Source: an uncultured Solirubrobacteraceae bacterium (GTDB taxonomy: Bacteria > Actinomycetota > Thermoleophilia > Solirubrobacterales > Solirubrobacteraceae). Taken from it: a stretch of 64,000 bases of DNA. The stretch spans positions 392,469 through 456,468 of the forward strand of contig CAWCET010000006.1 of assembly GCA_963794635.1 (NCBI GenBank). Reading direction: 5' to 3'. Both the position numbers and the translations under genes were made by a program. The notes under the pieces are model-generated. The model saw only the letters and a list, made by a program, of their open reading frames with translations. It was not told the DNA's origin and did no database searches. This document shows positions 56,239 through 64,000 of the stretch, one piece after another. Within the stretch, counting starts at the first letter, position 1, and each line of letters begins with the position of its first letter.

Positions 56239-56704
56239 CTAGCGGCGCGCGGCGAAGAACGCGCTCAGCAGACGCGCCGCACTCCTCGCCCAGGAGCCCT
56301 CCGGCGACATCAGGGCGGTGGTTCAGGCGCGGCTCGCCGAGCACGTCGAGAACGCTGCCGCACGCGCCCGCCTTCGGATCGCGCGCGCCGTAGACGACGC
56401 GCGGCAGCCGCGCGAGCACCAGCGCACCCGCGCACATCGCGCACGGCTCGAGCGTCACGTAGAGGACCGCGTCGAGGACGCGCCAGCTGCCGTCGTGGAG
56501 CGCGGCCTCGCGCAGCGCCAGCACCTCGGCGTGTGCGGTGGGATCCTGTCGCAACTCGCGCTCGTTGTGCCCGGTGGCGATGACCTCCCCGTCGCGCACG
56601 ATCACCGCGCCGATCGGCACGTCGTCGTGTTCAAGAGCAAGCGCGGCCTCGCGCAGGGCGAGGCGCATGAAGTAGTCCTCGCGTGGGAAGAAGTGGTCGG
56701 TCAT
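56239..56704 (-). CDS. tadA: tRNA adenosine(34) deaminase TadA, with an apparent 1-nt frame disruption near the 3' end
   Basis: HAEVLALREA and TLEPCAMCAGAL zinc motifs. After ...GGLLGEECGA the listed frame runs on through the tRNA to 56057. The +1 frame instead gives LLSAFFAARR-TAG (stop 56239-56241), which matches the canonical TadA C-terminus. Confidence 0.8.
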
Positions 56705-56755
56705 CGTCGCGCCCGGCCCGAAGACACAGCCGGAACATCATCATTATCGGAAACA

Positions 56756-58162
56756 ATGCCCACCGCGCCCGCTCTCTCGTCCAATCCCCCCCGCCCCGCC
56801 GGGCCCCGCGTCAGCCGGGCGCGGACGGCGGCCGTGGCCGTGTGCCTGGCGCTCGGCGCGGCGCTGGCTCTGCACGCGCCCTCCAGGGCTGAGGCCGCCG
56901 GCTACGCCCCGGGCCGCATCGTCGTTCGCTTCGGCACGCGCGAACGCGCGGTTGCGGCAAGCGCCGGCGCAGCCGCGGCGAAGCCCGCGCCCGAACGGAC
57001 CGTCGTGCTGCGCCTGCGACGCGGCGAAGACATCCACCGCGCGCTGGGCCGCATGCGCCGGCGGCGCGACGTGCTGTGGGCGGTTCCGGACTTCCAGGCC
57101 CACACCTCCGGCACGTTCATCCCGAACGACGAGGGCAACGGCACGACGCCCGGCGGCTGGCAGGAACTGCAGTGGAACCTCGTCGGGCCGTTCGGGATCG
57201 AGGCGCCGGAAGCCTGGTCGAACCTGATCGCCGACGGCCGGCCCGGCGGGACCGGCGTGACCGTCGCCGTGCTGGACACGGGCGTCGCCTACGCCAACCG
57301 CGGCCGCTTCCGCCGCTCGCCGGACTTCGGACAGTTCCAGTTCGTGAAGGGCTACGACTTCGTCGATCACGACCCCTATCCGAACGACAGCAACGGCCAC
57401 GGGACCTTCGTGGCGAGCGTGATCGCCGAGGAGACGAACAACGGCTACGGGCTCGCCGGCGTCGCATACGGCGCGAAGATCATGCCCGTGCGGGTGCTCG
57501 ACACCCAGGGCGAAGGCGAAGCCTCGACGATCGCGCAGGGCGTGCGCTTCGCCGTCGACCACGGCGCGCAGGTGATCAACCTCAGCCTCGAGTTCTCCCC
57601 GGGCGTGACCGCGGCCGACATCCCCGAGCTGATCGAAGCGCTGCGCTATGCCCACCGGCACAACGTGCTCGTGGTCGCGGCGGCCGGCAACGAGGGCCAC
57701 GCGGCGATCGCCTACCCCGCGCGCGCGCCCGACGTCGTCTCGGTCGGGGCCACCACCGAGCGCGGCTGCCTCGCCGCCTACTCGAACGATGGCTCGGGGC
57801 TGACGCTCGTCGCGCCCGGCGGGGGCCCCGACGCCGATCTGCCCGGCGACCCGAACTGCAACCCGGAAGCGCCCGGGCGCGACATCTTCCAGGTCACCTT
57901 CACGGGGGGGTCCGTGTCGCGCTTTGGGATCCCCGGCGGCTACGAAGGCACCTCGATGGCGACGCCCCACGTCGCGGCGGTCGCCGCGCTCGTGATCGCC
58001 AGCGGCGTGCTGGGCAAGCATCCGACGCCGGCCCAGATCACCGCGCGTCTGCAGGCCACGGCCCGCAAGCTCGGCGGCGGCGGGGACGAACGGCTCTACG
58101 GCGCCGGCCTGCTCGACGCCGCCGCCGCGACTGCGCCGGGCGGTCCCGGCGCGGTGGGCTAA
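56756..58162 (+). CDS. secreted S8 (subtilisin-like) serine peptidase with an N-terminal propeptide
   Basis: Signal peptide. Catalytic triad contexts are VAVLDTGV (D), HGTFVASVIA (H) and GTSMATPHVAA (S). Confidence 0.85.
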   Translation: MPTAPALSSNPPRPAGPRVSRARTAAVAVCLALGAALALHAPSRAEAAGYAPGRIVVRFGTRERAVAASAGAAAAKPAPERTVVLRLRRGEDIHRALGRMRRRRDVLWAVPDFQAHTSGTFIPNDEGNGTTPGGWQELQWNLVGPFGIEAPEAWSNLIADGRPGGTGVTVAVLDTGVAYANRGRFRRSPDFGQFQFVKGYDFVDHDPYPNDSNGHGTFVASVIAEETNNGYGLAGVAYGAKIMPVRVLDTQGEGEASTIAQGVRFAVDHGAQVINLSLEFSPGVTAADIPELIEALRYAHRHNVLVVAAAGNEGHAAIAYPARAPDVVSVGATTERGCLAAYSNDGSGLTLVAPGGGPDADLPGDPNCNPEAPGRDIFQVTFTGGSVSRFGIPGGYEGTSMATPHVAAVAALVIASGVLGKHPTPAQITARLQATARKLGGGGDERLYGAGLLDAAAATAPGGPGAVG

Positions 58163-58178
58163 AGCGAACCGGCTCCCG

Positions 58179-59414
58179 ATGCCGATCACCACCGGGATGA
58201 GCCCGGACGTGGCCGAGCAGTGCGATTTCGCCGTCGTCGGCGGCGGCATCCTCGGCCTCGCGGTCGCGAGGGAGCTGACCGCACGGCGGCCGGGGGCGTC
58301 GGTCTGCGTGCTGGAGCGCGAGACCGAGCTGGGCACGCACCAGACCGGGCACAACTCCGGCGTCATCCACGCCGGCGTCTACTACGTCCCCGGATCGCTC
58401 AAGGCACAGCTCTGCGTGGCGGGCGCGCGCGAGATGTACGAGTACTGCGAACGCAAGGGCATCGCGAGCGAGCGTTGCGGCAAGGTGATCGTCGCGACCG
58501 ACCGCTCCGAGCTGGAGCGGCTCGACGAGCTCGAGCGGCGCGGGCGCGCCAACGGCGTTCCCGGGCTGCGCCGGATCGACGCCGACGGCATCGCCGAGCT
58601 GGAGCCGCACGCGCGCGGGATCGACGGTCTGCACTCGCCCGCGACCGGCATCGCCGACTTCGCGGCGGTGGCCCAGGCCTACGCGCAGGACGTGCGGGAG
58701 GCGGGCGGCACGATCGCGACCGGCTGCGAGGTCCTGGGCGTCGCCGTGAACGGGCGCTCGCTGCGCCTCACCCATTCGCGCGGGGCGACCGAGGCGCGCA
58801 ACGCGATCTTCTGCGCCGGCGCGTGGGCGGACCGGCTCGCCGTCTCAGCCGGCGCCGACCCCGATCCCCGCATCGTGCCCTTCCGCGGCGCCTACCTGCG
58901 CCTGCGTCCCGACCGGCGCGAGCTGGTCCGCTCGCTGATCTACCCGGTCCCGGACCCCGCGCTCCCGTTCCTGGGCGTCCACCTGACCAAGCACATCGAC
59001 GGCGAGGTGCTCGTCGGGCCGACCGCGCTGATGGCGCCGTCCCGCGACGCCTACAAGCTCTCGCGCGTGCGGCGGCGTGACGTCATCGACACCCTCGCCT
59101 GGCCGGGCACGTGGCGGATGCTGGCCCAGTGGTGGCGGACAGGCGTCACCGAACTGCGCTACGCGGCGCTGCGCTCGGCGTTCGTGCGAGCGGCGGCGCG
59201 GTACGTCCCCGAGCTGCAGGCAGCCGACGTCGAACCCTCGTTCGCGGGAGTACGCGCGCAGGCGCTCGCCCGCGACGGCAAGCTCGTCGACGACTTCGTC
59301 TTCTCGCACACCGAGCGCGCGCTGCACGTCCGCAACGCCCCGTCACCGGCGGCGACCTCCTCGCTCGCGATCGCCCGTTACGTCGCGGACGAGGCAGAGC
59401 GCTCGTTCCGCTAG
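58179..59414 (+). CDS. lhgO: L-2-hydroxyglutarate oxidase (FAD-dependent)
   Basis: 411 aa: DFAVVGGGILGLAVAREL, HQTGHNSGVIHAGVYY, VPFRGAY, and a C-terminal NAPSPAATSSL. Confidence 0.8.
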   Translation: MPITTGMSPDVAEQCDFAVVGGGILGLAVARELTARRPGASVCVLERETELGTHQTGHNSGVIHAGVYYVPGSLKAQLCVAGAREMYEYCERKGIASERCGKVIVATDRSELERLDELERRGRANGVPGLRRIDADGIAELEPHARGIDGLHSPATGIADFAAVAQAYAQDVREAGGTIATGCEVLGVAVNGRSLRLTHSRGATEARNAIFCAGAWADRLAVSAGADPDPRIVPFRGAYLRLRPDRRELVRSLIYPVPDPALPFLGVHLTKHIDGEVLVGPTALMAPSRDAYKLSRVRRRDVIDTLAWPGTWRMLAQWWRTGVTELRYAALRSAFVRAAARYVPELQAADVEPSFAGVRAQALARDGKLVDDFVFSHTERALHVRNAPSPAATSSLAIARYVADEAERSFR

Positions 59415-60328
59415 GAAGCCGCTGAGGCGGCGATCAGCCGCGCGACCGCATCCTTCACGCCCTCGCGCGAGCCCGGGAAGCGCGGCTCCCAGCCCAGCTC
59501 GCCCTTGATGCGTGCGTTCGACGAACGCGCGGAGCGCACGACCGCGTCGACCGCGTTGCGACCCGCGACGAGGCGCGCCACCGGCGCCGGGATGCGCCGC
59601 GGGCGCCCCACGCCCAGCTCGGAGGCCGTCAGCGCCATGAAGTCGTAGTAGGTGATCGGCTCGTCGTCGGCGACGTGGTAGACGCGCCCGTCCGCGGCCT
59701 CGTCGCCGGCCGCGAGCAGGATCGCCGCCGCCACGTCCTCGACGTGCACCACGTCCCAGAGGTTCGCGCCGCTGCCGATCACCGCGAAGCGCCCCGGCTG
59801 ACGCAGGCGCGGCACGAGCTCCTCGCCGTACCAGCCGCCGGGGCCGTAGACGTGCGAGGGGCGGATCACGACAGCGGGCAGCCCGCTCTCCAGCACCATG
59901 CGCTCGCCCTCCTGCTTGGAGCGCCCGTACGGCGTCTCGACCGGAAGCGGGGCGTCCTCCGTCAGCAGCCCGCCGTGCGCGTCGCCGGTGACGACCGTCG
60001 AGGAGAAGACGAACCGTGGCCGCTCCGCCAGCGCCAGGCAGGCATCGAGCAGCCGTCGCGTCCCCGCGACGTTCACCTCGGCGACCTTCGCGGGATCGCG
60101 CTGCGAGGCGATCTCCGCGGCCAGGTGCACCACGCAGTCCGGTCGCGCCTGCGCGAGCGCGGCATCCAGCCCGCCGCCGGGACCGAGGTCTCCCGTCACC
60201 GCCGTCGTCCCGGGAGGCTCCGAGCCGGGGCGCCGCACGAGCGCCGTGACGTCGTCCCCGCGCTCGGTCGCGCGCCGGCACACGAAGCCGCCGATGAACC
60301 CGCTCGCGCCTGTGACGAGGACCCGCAT
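59411..60328 (-). CDS. NAD-dependent epimerase/dehydratase (SDR)
   Basis: MRVLVTGASGFIGG Rossmann motif and the catalytic YxxxK context YGRSK. Confidence 0.8.
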   Translation of the reverse strand: MRVLVTGASGFIGGFVCRRATERGDDVTALVRRPGSEPPGTTAVTGDLGPGGGLDAALAQARPDCVVHLAAEIASQRDPAKVAEVNVAGTRRLLDACLALAERPRFVFSSTVVTGDAHGGLLTEDAPLPVETPYGRSKQEGERMVLESGLPAVVIRPSHVYGPGGWYGEELVPRLRQPGRFAVIGSGANLWDVVHVEDVAAAILLAAGDEAADGRVYHVADDEPITYYDFMALTASELGVGRPRRIPAPVARLVAGRNAVDAVVRSARSSNARIKGELGWEPRFPGSREGVKDAVARLIAASAAS

Positions 60329-60338
60329 CCGCGCGAGC

Positions 60339-60974
60339 CTACATCTCGAACGCGGTGCGCCCGCCGCAGGCGACGAGGTCCTCGAGCAGGGCGCGCCCGT
60401 CCCCGATGACCGGCCCGCCGTGTGCGAGCAGGAGAGAGTCGAAGTCGCGCTCCTCCAGCAGCCTCGCGCACGAGGCGAGCAGCCCGCGACGGGTCTGCTC
60501 GGGATCGTCCATCAGCCTGGCGGGCACGAAACCCAACGGGCCACCGGAGCCGGGCTCGCCGCCCCGCACGACGCCGTCGGCCAGCACCAGAGCACGCTGC
60601 TCGGGCAGCGCCAGCGCCGTGTCGTCCGGGCAGATCGCGTCCATCTCGGCAGCCACGACCCCACCCGGCAGATGCGCTCCGATCTCGAAGCCCTCGACCT
60701 CGACGCCGCTGCCGGCGAACTCGTGCAGGCCCGCGCTGTTGCAGTGGACGGTGCACCCGAATCGCTCCACGAACCGGGCCGACTCGCGCAGGTGATGCCG
60801 GTTGGAGAGGAGGATCGCGCTCGGCGGCCGCTCGTCGAAGGCCTCGATCCCCTCGCCCGGCACCAGCGGGTCGAAGAGCACGCCCGCCTCGTGCATCCAG
60901 TAGGAGGAGACGACGATCCCGAGCTTCGGGTGCTCGGCCGTCCAGTGAGCCACGCCGGGAAGAACCTCCTCCAT
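60339..60974 (-). CDS. hypothetical protein, possibly a degenerate MBL-fold
   Basis: 211 aa. LLSNRHHLRES resembles a degenerate HxHxDH region. Assignment is tentative. Confidence 0.5.
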   Translation of the reverse strand: MEEVLPGVAHWTAEHPKLGIVVSSYWMHEAGVLFDPLVPGEGIEAFDERPPSAILLSNRHHLRESARFVERFGCTVHCNSAGLHEFAGSGVEVEGFEIGAHLPGGVVAAEMDAICPDDTALALPEQRALVLADGVVRGGEPGSGGPLGFVPARLMDDPEQTRRGLLASCARLLEERDFDSLLLAHGGPVIGDGRALLEDLVACGGRTAFEM

Positions 60975-60983
60975 GGCGCGAGC

Positions 60984-62183
60984 CTACCCCGGCGCGGCGG
61001 CTATGACGCCCGCGAGCTCGGCACGGAAGCGCTCTGCCGAAAAGCCCGCGGCGTTCTCGCGGATCGCGCGCTCGTCGAGCGCCATCGCCTCGAAGCGCCC
61101 GATCGCCGCCGCCAGGCCCGCAGCGTCCTGCTCGCCGAACAGCGCCCCGGTGACGCCGTCCTCGACGGTCTCGAGCGCCCCGCCGACGCCGTAGGCGATC
61201 ACGGGCGCACCCGCCGCCTGGGCCTCGACCGGCACGATCCCGAAATCCTCCTCGCCCGGGAACAGCAGCGCGCGGGCGCCCGCCAGGAGCGCATCGCGCT
61301 CGGAGTCGGGCACCTTGCCCAGGAACTCGATGCCCGGCGCGCCGCCCGCCTGCGCGCGCACGGCTTCGAGCGCGCGGCCGTCGCCCGCCACCTTCAGGCG
61401 CGCTCCCCGGGCCGCGCACGCGGCGACCGCGAGATCGACGCGCTTGTACGGGACCACGCGCCCGAAGGCAAGGTAGAAGTCCTCGGGCCGCCGCGCGATG
61501 CCGAGGTAGTGCCCGACGTCGACCGGTGGGTGCACGACGTGCGCGACACGGCCGTAGTAGCGGCGGATGCGCTCCGCCACGTGCGCGGAGTTGGCGACGA
61601 AGACATCGACACCTGCCGCGCCGGCGAGGTCCTGGGCGCGCAGGCGCGCGAGCAGCGGCGGGAGCAGCCGGCGCACTCCCCGCGGCACGGCCTCGCCCGC
61701 CAGGAACCCCTCCTCCCAGGCGTAGCGCATCGGTGTGTGGCAGTAGCAGACGTGCAGCGCGCCGGGCGGCTTTCGCACGTTCTTCGCGCAGGCGTGGCTG
61801 CTGGAGAGCACGAGGTCGAAACCGGAGAGGTCGAACGAGCGGAAGGCCCGGTTCATCAGCGGCAGCAGCTTCGGGTAGTGCTTGCGAGCCCCGGGCAGGC
61901 GGTTCAGGAACGAGGCGTGGACCGGCCGCGAGGTGATCAGCTCGGGCCACGGCTCCGGGTCGTAGATCGAGGTGAAGAGCTCCGCGTCAGGGAACATCTC
62001 GAGCAGCTCGCTTACGACCTGCTCGGAGCCGCCGGGGATCGTGAGCCAGTCGTGCACGACCGCGACGCGCGGGAAGCGCTGGCGCAGCTCCTCCAGCAGA
62101 GGTGCCGGCGCCGAGTGGCCTGCTGGCTGCACCACCCCGAGACTACAAGGCGAGCCGCGGGCGCCCGGAGCGTCAGCCATCAT
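60984..62183 (-). CDS. GT4-family glycosyltransferase (GT-B fold)
   Basis: RVAVVHDWLTIPGGSEQV N-terminus and a C-terminal EDFGIVPVEAQAAGAPVIA (E-x7-E). Start uncertain: ATG 62183/62180, or GTG 62135. Confidence 0.75.
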   Translation of the reverse strand: MMADAPGARGSPCSLGVVQPAGHSAPAPLLEELRQRFPRVAVVHDWLTIPGGSEQVVSELLEMFPDAELFTSIYDPEPWPELITSRPVHASFLNRLPGARKHYPKLLPLMNRAFRSFDLSGFDLVLSSSHACAKNVRKPPGALHVCYCHTPMRYAWEEGFLAGEAVPRGVRRLLPPLLARLRAQDLAGAAGVDVFVANSAHVAERIRRYYGRVAHVVHPPVDVGHYLGIARRPEDFYLAFGRVVPYKRVDLAVAACAARGARLKVAGDGRALEAVRAQAGGAPGIEFLGKVPDSERDALLAGARALLFPGEEDFGIVPVEAQAAGAPVIAYGVGGALETVEDGVTGALFGEQDAAGLAAAIGRFEAMALDERAIRENAAGFSAERFRAELAGVIAAAPG

Positions 62184-63375
62184 GCGGCCGATGGAGCTGG
62201 GAGCCACCCTGCAGGGGCGGGACATCGTCTGCGTCGGCTTCGCCGACTGGGACACCGAGCTGTGGACCAACCAGCACCACCTGATGGCGCGGCTCGCGGC
62301 GGGGAACCGCGTTCTGTTCGTCGAGTCCCTGGGGCTGCGCCGGCCGCAGCTGGCCGGCCGCGACCTGCGCCGCATCCTCCGGCGGCTGCGCACGGGCCTG
62401 CAGGGACCCCGCCGGCGCGACGGACTCGACGTCCTCTCGCCGCTGGTGCTGCCCCTGCACGGCAACCGGGCGGCCGAGGCCCTGAACCGGCGGCTGCTCC
62501 CCGCACTCGTGTCCCGCGCCGCCCGCCGGCTCGGGATGCGCGAACCGTGGCTGTGGTCCTACGTGCCCCAGGCGGAGCTGCTGCTCGACGCGCTCGAGCC
62601 CTCGCTCGTCGTCTACCACTGCGTCGATGACATCTCCGCCCACGAGCGCATCGACACGGCGAGCTTCCGCGCCGCGGAGGCGCGTTTCGCGGGCCGCGCC
62701 GACCTCGTCCTCGCCAGCGCCCCGGAGCTGGTGCGCCGCATGCGCGAGCTCTCCGAGAACGTGCTGGAAGCCCCGAACGTCGCCGACACAGAGCTGTTCG
62801 CGCAGGCGCTCGACCCCGCCCTGGCGCCCGACCCGGCGATCGCCGCGCTGCCCGCTCCGCGAATCGTCTTCACCGGCGCGATCTCGGCGGTCAAGCTGGA
62901 CATCCCCCTGCTCCTCGCCCTCGCCCGCGCCCGTCCCGACTGGACGCTGGCGCTCGTCGGGCCGGTCGGGCTCGGCGACCCGACCACGGACGTCTCGGCG
63001 CTCGCAGCCGAGCCCAACGTGCACCTGCTCGGGCCGCGCCGCTACGAGGAGCTCCCGGCGGTCCTTCGCGGCGCCGACGCGGGACTGATCCCCTACGTTC
63101 GCAGCGAGCTGACCGACAGCATCTTCCCGATGAAGGTCTATGAGTACCTCGCGGCCGGGCTACCGGTGGTCGCGACCCCGCTCCCGGCGCTCGCGGGGGT
63201 CGAGCAGGTCTCGCGCGAGCCCGATGCCGGCTCCTTCCAGGCGGCGCTCGAACGCGAGCTGGCCGAGGACACTCCTGCGCGCCGCGCAGAGCGCTCGGCG
63301 CAGGCGGCCTCGCACTCGTGGGACGAGCGCCTGCGGGAGATCGCGGGCGCGATCGAGGCGCTGACGCCCCGATGA
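62182..63375 (+). CDS. glycosyltransferase (GT-B, TuaH-like)
   Basis: IVCVGFADWDTELWTNQHHLM and a C-terminal FPMKVYEYLAAGLPVVAT. The start overlaps that of the divergent GT4 gene. ATG 62191 is an alternative. Confidence 0.75.
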   Translation: MRPMELGATLQGRDIVCVGFADWDTELWTNQHHLMARLAAGNRVLFVESLGLRRPQLAGRDLRRILRRLRTGLQGPRRRDGLDVLSPLVLPLHGNRAAEALNRRLLPALVSRAARRLGMREPWLWSYVPQAELLLDALEPSLVVYHCVDDISAHERIDTASFRAAEARFAGRADLVLASAPELVRRMRELSENVLEAPNVADTELFAQALDPALAPDPAIAALPAPRIVFTGAISAVKLDIPLLLALARARPDWTLALVGPVGLGDPTTDVSALAAEPNVHLLGPRRYEELPAVLRGADAGLIPYVRSELTDSIFPMKVYEYLAAGLPVVATPLPALAGVEQVSREPDAGSFQAALERELAEDTPARRAERSAQAASHSWDERLREIAGAIEALTPR

Positions 63376-64000
63376 GCGACCTGCTCGTCAGCACCCACAC
63401 GCCGGTCCTGCGCTCGGGCCAGACGATGCGGACCTACGGGATCGCGCGCGCGCTCGCCGCGGGCGGCGGGGGGCTGACGTTGCTCTACGCGCGTTTCGAG
63501 GGCGACGAACCAGACCAGGCCTTCCGTTCGATCCCCGGGATCGAGTTGCACGAGGTGCTGGCCTCGCGCGGCGCCCGCCGGGCGCTCGGCTACGCGGCCG
63601 CGCGGGCGTCCGGAACGCCGGCAGGGTTCGCACGCGGCATCTCCCCCGAGCTCGCCTCGGCGGCCGCAACCCTCGCCTCGGCCCCCGGACGCGGCCGCGT
63701 GATCGCAGACGGTCCGATCGCGGCCGCCGCGCTGCGCGGGCTCTCCCGCCGGCGCCCTGTCGTCTACAACGCCCACAACCTCGAGTCCGGCTTCCGCGGC
63801 GAGCTCTCCGGCGCGGAGGGTTCGGTACGCGCGCTCAAGCGATTCGAGCGAGGCCTCCTGCGGCGCGCGAGCGAGTCCTGGATGGTCAGCGAGGCCGAGG
63901 TCGCCGCCGCCGCGGAGCTGTGCCCGCAGGCGCGGCTGCGCTACGTGCCCAACGTCGTCGACGTGGCGGCGATCGCGCCCGTCCTGCCATCCTCGGAGCC
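63372..64000 (+). CDS. glycosyltransferase, N-terminal part (3' end outside window)
   Basis: The ATG overlaps the previous stop (ATGA). My own translation reads MSDLLVSTHTPVLRSGQTMRTYGIARALAAGGGGLTLLYARF...VVYNAHNLES...ESWMVSEAE. This looks like a GT4-type N-domain, and the frame is open to the window end. Confidence 0.7.
   Translation, partial: MSDLLVSTHTPVLRSGQTMRTYGIARALAAGGGGLTLLYARFEGDEPDQAFRSIPGIELHEVLASRGARRALGYAAARASGTPAGFARGISPELASAAATLASAPGRGRVIADGPIAAAALRGLSRRRPVVYNAHNLESGFRGELSGAEGSVRALKRFERGLLRRASESWMVSEAEVAAAAELCPQARLRYVPNVVDVAAIAPVLPSSE

Noticed and set aside
59898-62630. 910-aa plus-strand ORF spanning the epimerase-to-GT4 region
   Set aside because: It is antisense to three well-supported minus-strand genes. 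The composition is typical of shadow ORFs.

Overview
High-G+C bacterial chromosomal window. A hand count of one acnA line gives about 72% G+C. Gene content suggests Actinomycetota, possibly a deep-branching lineage: NucS, a Kgd/OdhA-type 2-oxoglutarate dehydrogenase fusion, GT39, an ABC1 kinase, many GTG/TTG starts and ATGA/GTGA gene overlaps. This taxonomic call is an inference, not a search result. I call about 60 protein genes, one tRNA-Ser(CGA) and several hairpin terminators. I see no rRNA, CRISPR array, transposase or integrase. Most of the window is housekeeping: pyk, purD, kgd, acnA, ettA, nucS, tatA, tadA, panE, gloA, lhgO, an RsbU/V/W-like partner-switching module, small enzymes and a glycosyltransferase cluster at the 3' end. 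Two accessory-looking loci on the minus strand stand out. Locus 1 (32.9-41.7 kb) holds an ABC-2 exporter, a GT39 glycosyltransferase and a 1082-aa signal-peptide protein built from repeated Cys-framed modules that I cannot assign to a known family. It has lower G+C and is followed by a GAF-GGDEF cyclase. Locus 2 (46.2-54.0 kb) is a tightly coupled operon. It encodes a 1020-aa protein with 8 Ig-like repeats plus PKD, a 457-aa paralog sharing an unassigned ~120-aa C-terminal module, two membrane-anchored proteins and a membrane HD-GYP phosphodiesterase. A predicted promoter and structured leader lie upstream. Each locus therefore ends in a c-di-GMP enzyme, a synthase at one and a hydrolase at the other. 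Other points are a Kgd that retains two lipoyl domains and two to three apparent 1-nt frame disruptions (tadA 3' end, an FN3-like gene, possibly the ABC-2 permease). All function calls come from reading motifs in the supplied translations. No database search was run.
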